NCBI GenBank assembly: GCA_038045405.1
Contig: JBBSYF010000018.1
Location: forward strand, 1-32,352
DNA from: Nanobdellota archaeon
GTDB lineage: Archaea > Nanobdellota > Nanobdellia > Pacearchaeales > GW2011-AR1
Direction: 5' to 3'
Length of the DNA: 32,352 nt
The notes under the pieces were generated by a model that ran no database searches, was not told the origin of the DNA, and was given only the letters and a program-made list of their open reading frames with translations. Shown in pieces: positions 26,282 through 32,352 of the stretch (within the stretch, counting starts at the first letter, position 1; every line of letters begins with the position of its first letter). Position numbers and translations under genes: made by a program.

Positions 26282-27553
26282 ATGGAAAGAACTTATATTT
26301 CGGATTTAAAATCGGGAAAGGAAGTTTTGCTTAAAGGATGGGTTTTTGATTATCGTGTTCTGTCTAAAATGGCATTTATTGTTCTGAGGGACAAGAGTGG
26401 CTATGTTCAATGTATATCAAAAGATCCAAGTATCGTTAAACAGATTTCCGGATTGACTATGGAATCTGTTATCGAAATTGTTGGCAAAGTAAAAGATGCA
26501 AGTATCAAAGAACAAAATGCAAGAAAAGATATTGAAGTTGACGTTCTCAAAATGAGTTTGATTGCAAAAGCAGAACAGTTACCTATTCCCGTTAATGAAA
26601 AGGGAGTTACGACAGAATTTTCTACTAGGCTGGATTACAGATTTTTGGATATAAGAAAACCAAAGATTTGGGCGATATTCAAAGTAGAATCAACAATTAT
26701 GAAGGCTTTTAGAGAGTTCATGGAAAAAGAGAAAGCTCTCGAAGCGATTTTTCCTTCTATAATTGGGTCGAGTTCTGAAGGTGGGACAGAATTGTACAGA
26801 TTGAAATATTTTGAAAAGGATGCATATCTTTCTCAGAGTTGTCAGCTGTACAAACAAATGCTTGCATGTTCTTTTGAAAAAGTGTATACTCTATTTACAG
26901 TTTGGAGAGCAGAAAAACACAACACTATCAGACACTTGAATGAATCAAGACAGATAGACTTTGAGATGGCTTTTTCTGATGAATTTGGAGTAATGGATGT
27001 TCTTGGAAGAAGTGTTCAGTATGTTGTTAAAAAAGTTTTAGAAGAAAATTCAAAAGAATTGGAACTCTTAAACGTTAAACTAAAAGTTCCGAAGACAAAA
27101 TATCTAACTTTTGAAGAGGCAAATAAACTTATCAAGAAAGCAGGAACACACACTGAAGAGACAGACCTAACACCTGATGGAGAAAGAAAACTTGAGGAGT
27201 TATTTCCAGATACAATTGTTTTTGTTCACGACTGGCCTTTGAAAGGAAAACCTTTTTACATTATGCCTAAGGGAAAAGATTTGAGCTGTGGTTTTGATGC
27301 TATTTACAAAGGAATGGAAATTGCTTCTGGAGGGCAAAGAGTTCATCTTCCTGAATTGCTTATTGAGAGATTAAAAGTTAAAGGATTAAATCCAAAAGAT
27401 TTCAAATCATACACGGACAGCTTCAGATATGGAGCTCCTCCTCACGCAGGTTGGGCCATAGGGCTTGAAAGGATAACAATGTTAATTCTAGGAATTGAAA
27501 ATATAAGAGAAGTTGTTTTGTTCCCACGAGACAGAACAAGACTGACTCCTTAA
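26282..27553 (+). CDS. aspS: Aspartate--tRNA ligase (archaeal type)
   Basis: OB fold (GWV..R, FIVLRD.SG.VQ), TRLDYRFLDIR, SEGG, SQSCQLYKQ, WRAEKHNT.RHLNE, EIASGGQR, GAPPHAG.AIGLER. Confidence 0.92.
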   Translation: MERTYISDLKSGKEVLLKGWVFDYRVLSKMAFIVLRDKSGYVQCISKDPSIVKQISGLTMESVIEIVGKVKDASIKEQNARKDIEVDVLKMSLIAKAEQLPIPVNEKGVTTEFSTRLDYRFLDIRKPKIWAIFKVESTIMKAFREFMEKEKALEAIFPSIIGSSSEGGTELYRLKYFEKDAYLSQSCQLYKQMLACSFEKVYTLFTVWRAEKHNTIRHLNESRQIDFEMAFSDEFGVMDVLGRSVQYVVKKVLEENSKELELLNVKLKVPKTKYLTFEEANKLIKKAGTHTEETDLTPDGERKLEELFPDTIVFVHDWPLKGKPFYIMPKGKDLSCGFDAIYKGMEIASGGQRVHLPELLIERLKVKGLNPKDFKSYTDSFRYGAPPHAGWAIGLERITMLILGIENIREVVLFPRDRTRLTP

Positions 27554-27557
27554 GGAA

Positions 27558-28013
27558 ATGGAAGTTTTTGATAAAATAAAAAAGATTCTTGATGAAAAAG
27601 GTATAAAGTATTCTACTAAACATCACGAGTCGGTTTATACCTCAGAACAGGCTGCAGCAGTTAGGGGAGACTCATTGAAACAAGGGGCAAAAGCAATGAT
27701 AGTAAAAACAGATAAAGAATTTGTCCTTGCTGTTCTTTCTGCAGAGAAGAAGATTGATTCTAAAAAACTAAAAAAAATCCTTCATTCTAAAAATACAAGT
27801 TTTGCAGATGTGGTAAAAGTAAAAAGTCTTGGATTGCAGCCAGGAAGTGTTCCTCCTTTCGGAAGCGTTATCGGTTTGAAAACTTACGTTGATAAAAGTT
27901 TATTGGAAAATGAAGAAATTTCTTTTAATGCTGGAAGTTTGACAGATTCTATCAAAATGCGATTGAAAGATTATCTTAGCGTTGAAAATCCCACCGTTGA
28001 AGACTTTAGTTAG
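27558..28013 (+). CDS. YbaK/ProX-superfamily aminoacyl-tRNA deacylase
   Basis: H..VYTSEQAA, conserved Lys in GAKAM, GSVPPFG, FNAGS. Confidence 0.88.
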   Translation: MEVFDKIKKILDEKGIKYSTKHHESVYTSEQAAAVRGDSLKQGAKAMIVKTDKEFVLAVLSAEKKIDSKKLKKILHSKNTSFADVVKVKSLGLQPGSVPPFGSVIGLKTYVDKSLLENEEISFNAGSLTDSIKMRLKDYLSVENPTVEDFS

Positions 28014-28095
28014 TTTTTGAAAGATTTATATATAAATTATAAGTTATAAACTGTATAAAACTTATGGGTTACAAACAATTTATGGAGGAAACAAA

Positions 28096-28284
28096 ATGAC
28101 ACCAAAAGAAGCGGAATTAAAATATGGAAAAGAAAGATTAGAGTTAATGGTAAAAACCGGATGGTTAGATGGGATAACTGTAACTTCTAACACGAAGGGA
28201 GAAATAGATGTTCCAGCGAGTGATTATGATAGAGCATATCGTGCATCGTTAGGTAAGAAAATACATCCAATGGAGTGGGATTAA
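28096..28284 (+). CDS. Small hypothetical protein (62 aa)
   Basis: SD-like GGAGG at 28085-28089, upstream TTTATATA box, stop 6 nt before asnS. Confidence 0.7.
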   Translation: MTPKEAELKYGKERLELMVKTGWLDGITVTSNTKGEIDVPASDYDRAYRASLGKKIHPMEWD

Positions 28285-28290
28285 ACAAAA

Positions 28291-29601
28291 ATGACAAAGG
28301 AAAAATTCATTTCAATTCAAGAAGCTATGAAGAGAGGCACGGGGAAAGTTTCTGTTCGTGGTTGGATTTCAAGAGAAAGAGGAAGCAATGAGTTCAAGTT
28401 TATTGTTTTGAGAGATTCAACAAATATCATTCAATGTGTTTTGAAGAAGGAGAAGTTCAAGAAGCAGTGGGATTCAATAGATAAACTTCAGATTGAAGCA
28501 AGCCTTGAGATTTCTGGAACAATCAAAGAAGATAAAAGAGCTCCAACAGGTTTTGAGATTCAAGCTGATGAAATAAATATTGTTGGAACAAGCGATCAAT
28601 TTCCAATTAACAAAGATTTGAATGAAGAACTTCTTGGAGACAGAAGACACCTTTGGCTAAGGAGTAGGAAGATGACTGCGATTTTGAAAATAAGAGATAC
28701 CGTTCTTGATGCTATGAGAGAACATTGGAGAAAAAAAGGATTTTACGAATATCACAGCCCCATTTTGATTGGAACTCCTGCAGAAGGGGGCAGTACTCTT
28801 TTCAAAGTCGATTACTTTGGGAAACCAATGTATCTGAGCCAGACTTGGCAACTACACGCAGAGCCTGCTATTTTTTCTTTAGAAAAAATTTTTACTATTC
28901 AACCAGCTTTTAGAGCAGAAAAGAGTAAGACTTCAAGACACATAACTGAATTATGGATGGCAGAGATGGAAGCTGCATGGGAAGATTTTGATTATGTTCA
29001 AGACGATGCTGAAGAACTGATTAAACATATCGTCTCTAGAGTTTTAACAGAAAGAAAATCAGAGTTGGAAATAATTGGAAGAGATTGGAAAAAACTTGAA
29101 GCAACAGTGAAGAAGAAATTTCCTAGAATCACTTATGATGATGCATTAAAACTACTGAAAGAAAAAAAGAAAATAAACATTGCTTGGGGAAAAGATTTAC
29201 GAACAATTGAAGAAGATAGACTTTCAGAACTTTACGATACACCAATTCTTGTAAGACATTATCCTAAAATTGTTAAAGCTTTTTACATGAAAGAAGTTGA
29301 AGGAAGAACAAAAGGGAAAGAAGTTGTTTATGGGTTTGATATGATTGCTCCTGAAGGTTATGGGGAACTTGTTGGAGGCTCGCAAAGAGAAGAAGATATT
29401 GAAAAGATAAAAGCTAATTTGAAAGCACAAGGCGAAGATCCTAGCAAATATGATTTCTATTTAGATACGAGACGTTATGGTTCAGTTCCTCACGGCGGTT
29501 TCGGCATGGGTGTAGAAAGAGTTATTTCATGGATCTGTGGATTAGAAACAATAAAAGATGCAATTGCTTTCCCTAGAACAATGACGAGATATAGTCCTTA
29601 G
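28291..29601 (+). CDS. asnS: Asparagine--tRNA ligase
   Basis: RHLWLRSR, EGGSTLF, YLSQTWQL, FRAEKSKTSRHITELWMAEME, EGYGELVGGSQRE, RRYGSVPHGGFGMGVER. Confidence 0.94.
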   Translation: MTKEKFISIQEAMKRGTGKVSVRGWISRERGSNEFKFIVLRDSTNIIQCVLKKEKFKKQWDSIDKLQIEASLEISGTIKEDKRAPTGFEIQADEINIVGTSDQFPINKDLNEELLGDRRHLWLRSRKMTAILKIRDTVLDAMREHWRKKGFYEYHSPILIGTPAEGGSTLFKVDYFGKPMYLSQTWQLHAEPAIFSLEKIFTIQPAFRAEKSKTSRHITELWMAEMEAAWEDFDYVQDDAEELIKHIVSRVLTERKSELEIIGRDWKKLEATVKKKFPRITYDDALKLLKEKKKINIAWGKDLRTIEEDRLSELYDTPILVRHYPKIVKAFYMKEVEGRTKGKEVVYGFDMIAPEGYGELVGGSQREEDIEKIKANLKAQGEDPSKYDFYLDTRRYGSVPHGGFGMGVERVISWICGLETIKDAIAFPRTMTRYSP

Positions 29602-29624
29602 ACAAAACCGATTAATAAAAACTA

Positions 29625-29852
29625 ATAAAGATTTCCACAGTGTGCGAGACCGTGACATATGTCACCCCCTTTTAACATACTTTTATCGAGGACAGACAGT
29701 TTATAACAAAAGTTTAGGAGAAATTCAACTCTTCTCATAGAATACTAATCAAATTGTTGTTTATCAACGATAAAAACCTTTAATTTTTATAATAAATCTA
29801 CCCAGTGACATATGTCATGAACCTACACATAAAGATTTCCACAGAAATCTTT
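29625..29852. repeat. Repeat and palindrome cluster (two GACATATGTC palindromes, 16-bp direct repeat)
   Basis: ATAAAGATTTCCACAG at 29625-29640 and 29829-29844. GTGACATATGTCAC at 29652-29665. TGACATATGTCA at 29806-29817. Inverted repeat AAAGATTTC/GAAATCTTT at 29831-29852. Confidence 0.8.
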
Positions 29853-29897
29853 AAAAACCTCCAGAACACTAAGATTTATCAAAAAAGAGGATTTCAA

Positions 29898-29999
29898 ATG
29901 AAGAAAAATAAAGAAGATACAGAAGACGAAATTGAAGAGTCTGAAGACGAAGACGCTGAGGATGACCTAAACAGCGATAGTGAAGACGCCGACTGGTAA
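29898..29999 (+). CDS. Very acidic 33-aa peptide MKKNKEDTEDEIEESEDEDAEDDLNSDSEDADW
   Basis: SD-like AGAGG before ATG 29898, TTTAAA upstream, T-rich tract downstream. Confidence 0.6.
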   Translation: MKKNKEDTEDEIEESEDEDAEDDLNSDSEDADW

Positions 30000-30111
30000 T
30001 TGTTGGTTTATTTCTTTTTGTTTTATTTTTTACTAAAAGGATTTTTGTAAATTAATTTTGAAAGGAAAAACTTTGCACAACTCTTAAAAACCCTGGATTT
30101 TTTCCCAGTTA

Positions 30112-30777
30112 ATGAAGATAGGGAGCATTGAACTTAAATGGTTGGGACATTCTGGATTTTTGATAGTGAACAAGAAAATAATCTACATTGATCCTTATAA
30201 CATAAAAGAAGGGCTGGAAAAAGCAGACATAATTCTTATAACTCACAGCCATTATGACCACTGTAGCCTTCCCGATTTAGAAAAAATCATTAAAGATGGA
30301 ACAAGAATTGTTGCTCCGGCAGACTGTCAAAGTACCATAGCAAAGATTGATACTCATGTTAAAATAGAACTTATAGAACCTGGACAAGAGTTAGAATTTG
30401 GAGATGTTAAACTTTATGCGCTTCCAGCTTACAACATTGACAAGCATTTTCATCCTAAAAATGAGCAATGGGTTGGTTACATCATAAAATTGGATGGGGT
30501 TGTTATCTACCATGCGGGAGACACGGACGTTATTCCAGAAATGCAAAAACTAACAGGCTACAAACAGCAGGGAAAAGAGTTTGTCGCTTTGCTTCCTATT
30601 GGCGGAAGGTTCACAATGAGTGTCGAAGAAGCGGCGGAAGCTGCAAAAATAATAAAACCTACTCTTGCAATTCCAATGCATTGGGGAAGTATTGTTGGAA
30701 GCGAAGATGATGCTAAAGAGTTTGTTGAACTTTGCAAAGATGAAAAAATTAAAGCAATGATTTTGGAAAAAGAATAA
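30112..30777 (+). CDS. MBL-fold metallo-hydrolase
   Basis: WLGHSGF, IYIDP, THSHYDH, YHAGDT, LPIGG.FTM, IPMHWG. Confidence 0.92.
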   Translation: MKIGSIELKWLGHSGFLIVNKKIIYIDPYNIKEGLEKADIILITHSHYDHCSLPDLEKIIKDGTRIVAPADCQSTIAKIDTHVKIELIEPGQELEFGDVKLYALPAYNIDKHFHPKNEQWVGYIIKLDGVVIYHAGDTDVIPEMQKLTGYKQQGKEFVALLPIGGRFTMSVEEAAEAAKIIKPTLAIPMHWGSIVGSEDDAKEFVELCKDEKIKAMILEKE

Positions 30778-31150
30778 AACGCTCGCCTTACGGCTCGGAT
30801 TAACCTAATTTTGAATAAAATAACTGTTTAATCATTAACTTTATTTTTTATATTAAAATTTTTTTAACAATTTTCAATTGAAAATTGGTCGTCCAAAAGT
30901 AGTTTTGTAGAAACAAAATATTTTTAAAGAAGGAGTTGTTCACTCTCTTATTAAATTAATTTATTCTTTCGGGGGATCGAGTAAATTAATTGAGTGTGTG
31001 CTATTTCTTTGGTGATAGTTGGAAGTGTGTTAACTATTTAAACTTTTCCGAAAAAGTTTGGAAGTTTAAGGAAAGATACGCGAAAAACTATGACGTTTGC
31101 ATCGCAAACGTTGTCGGGATACAGTTGAAAGGAGGTATAAAAAAGAAAAA

Positions 31151-32230
31151 ATGGTATTAAATTTTGCGCAAGAAGCGATAAAGAACTCAGAAACTCACAG
31201 CATCAACTTTGACGAACTTAAAGCTGGAAAGGCTAACATCAAGGTTTTCGGAGCTGGAGGTTGTGGCTGTAACATGATAACTTGGCTTTACAACAAAGGA
31301 ATCAATGGAGCAACTGTTTACGGATGTAACACTGATGCTTTACACCTTAGCGTTACAAAAGCTGATGATAAGATCCTTATTGGTAAGGAACTTACAAGGG
31401 GATTGGGTGCTGGTGGTAAGCCACAAGTTGGAAGGGAAGCTGCAAAAGAGGCAATCGTTGAATTGAAGAAGGCTGTTTCAGGTGCAGACATGGTATTTGT
31501 TCTAACAGGAATGGGTGGTGGAACAGGAACAGGTGCTGCTCCAGTAATTGCTCAAATGGCAAAGGAAACTGGTGCTGTTGTTATTGGTGTTGTTACAATG
31601 CCCTTCGAAGCTGAAAAGGCAAGAATTGACAAAGCTGAATTCGGGTTACAGGAACTTAGAGAAGTTACTGATACCTGTATTGTTTTAGATAACAACAGAC
31701 TTGTAGATATTGCTGGACAACTTCCAATTGAACAGGCATTTGCAGTTGCAAATGAACTTGTTTCTACAATGATTAAAGGAATTGTTGAGACGATTACACT
31801 TCCAAGTTTGATCAACCTTGACTATGCTGACGTTTCTGCTATTATGAAGAACGGTGGTGTTGCTGTTATCGGTATTGGTGAAGCAGACACACAAGATCGT
31901 GTAAATGAAGCTGTAAAGCAGGCCCTAACTCATCCTCTACTTGACGTGGATTATAAGGGAGCTACTGGAGCTTTGATACACATCACTTGTGGTCCAGACT
32001 TAAAGTTGGAAGAATTCGACCAAATCGGAAGAATTGTTTCTGACAATTTGAGTGCTGAAGCAAACGTGATAATTGGAGCAAGAATTAGCAAAGAATTCCA
32101 AGGAAAGGTAAGAGTTATTACAATAATGACTGGAGTTAAATCTCCGTACGTTCTTGGAAGAGAGGTAGAAGACTACAAACAACCTATGTCTAGAGAAGTT
32201 TCTGACTTAGGAATTCAGGTTTGGAGGTAG
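31151..32230 (+). CDS. ftsZ: Cell division protein FtsZ
   Basis: [48 protein letters not shown] 31151 lies downstream of GGAGGT (31131-31136). Confidence 0.97.
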   Translation: MVLNFAQEAIKNSETHSINFDELKAGKANIKVFGAGGCGCNMITWLYNKGINGATVYGCNTDALHLSVTKADDKILIGKELTRGLGAGGKPQVGREAAKEAIVELKKAVSGADMVFVLTGMGGGTGTGAAPVIAQMAKETGAVVIGVVTMPFEAEKARIDKAEFGLQELREVTDTCIVLDNNRLVDIAGQLPIEQAFAVANELVSTMIKGIVETITLPSLINLDYADVSAIMKNGGVAVIGIGEADTQDRVNEAVKQALTHPLLDVDYKGATGALIHITCGPDLKLEEFDQIGRIVSDNLSAEANVIIGARISKEFQGKVRVITIMTGVKSPYVLGREVEDYKQPMSREVSDLGIQVWR

Positions 32231-32271
32231 TTAGAAGTAATCACTGGTGAAAAAGAGTTTTTATTTTTGAT

Positions 32272-32321
32272 GCCCCTCTCGCCCGAAAGGGCGAGGCGGG
32301 TGACTTCTTTTTTTATTTTTT
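32272..32321 (+). terminator. GC-rich hairpin plus U-tract after ftsZ
   Basis: CTCGCCC-GAAA-GGGCGAG (32278-32295), extendable by GCCC/GGGT, followed by TTCTTTTTTTATTTTTT. Confidence 0.7.
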
Positions 32322-32352
32322 GAGATTTTTTCTGAATTAAAATTAATATGTT

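Noticed and set aside
29805-29897. Extension of the acidic peptide from GTG 29805
   Set aside because: It runs through the palindrome and repeat sequence and the putative promoter. The SD-like motif supports ATG 29898.
31097-31150. Longer FtsZ N-terminus from TTG 31097
   Set aside because: This start lies within a hairpin and upstream of the SD-like GGAGGT. ATG 31151 is preferred.
788-32182. Numerous 60-130 aa antisense or alternate-frame ORFs nested in long genes
   Set aside because: They are shadow ORFs of well-supported CDSs with F/S/L/I-rich composition and no motifs.

Overview
This AT-rich window looks like a small-genome (DPANN-like, probably Pacearchaeota/Woesearchaeota-type) archaeon. 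The evidence is TFE, deoxyhypusine synthase, GatDE, archaeal-type ProRS/AspRS, and BRE/TATA promoters about 25 nt upstream of mostly leaderless genes. It is dominated by translation genes (leuS, alaS, proS, aspS, asnS, gatD, gatE, a YbaK-type deacylase, tRNA-Arg(TCG), dys, pdaD), plus a DisA-type diadenylate cyclase next to a DHH/DHHA1 phosphoesterase, several proteases and ftsZ. The main discovery is at the gatD-gatE locus, where both subunits of the Glu-tRNA(Gln) amidotransferase appear to have been invaded by free-standing endonuclease cassettes that are neither introns nor inteins. Each cassette seems to carry a replacement copy of the gene terminus it displaces. At gatD, a putative PD-(D/E)xK-like nuclease gene lies between the expressed 30-codon C-terminus and an orphaned, colinear 30-codon C-terminus (20059-20151). 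At gatE, a LAGLIDADG gene lies between an orphaned N-terminus (21689-21760) and the expressed gene, whose start is synonymously recoded at the junction. Neither orphan is in the ORF track. A nucleotidyltransferase-Fic gene pair sits between the two cassettes. Other points of note are a chimeric, insertion-bearing LeuRS, a dispersed GACATATGTC palindrome family with compensatory changes, a repeat cluster at the tRNA 3' end, and several structured intergenic regions with small ORFs. All family calls come from reading motifs by eye; no searches were run.
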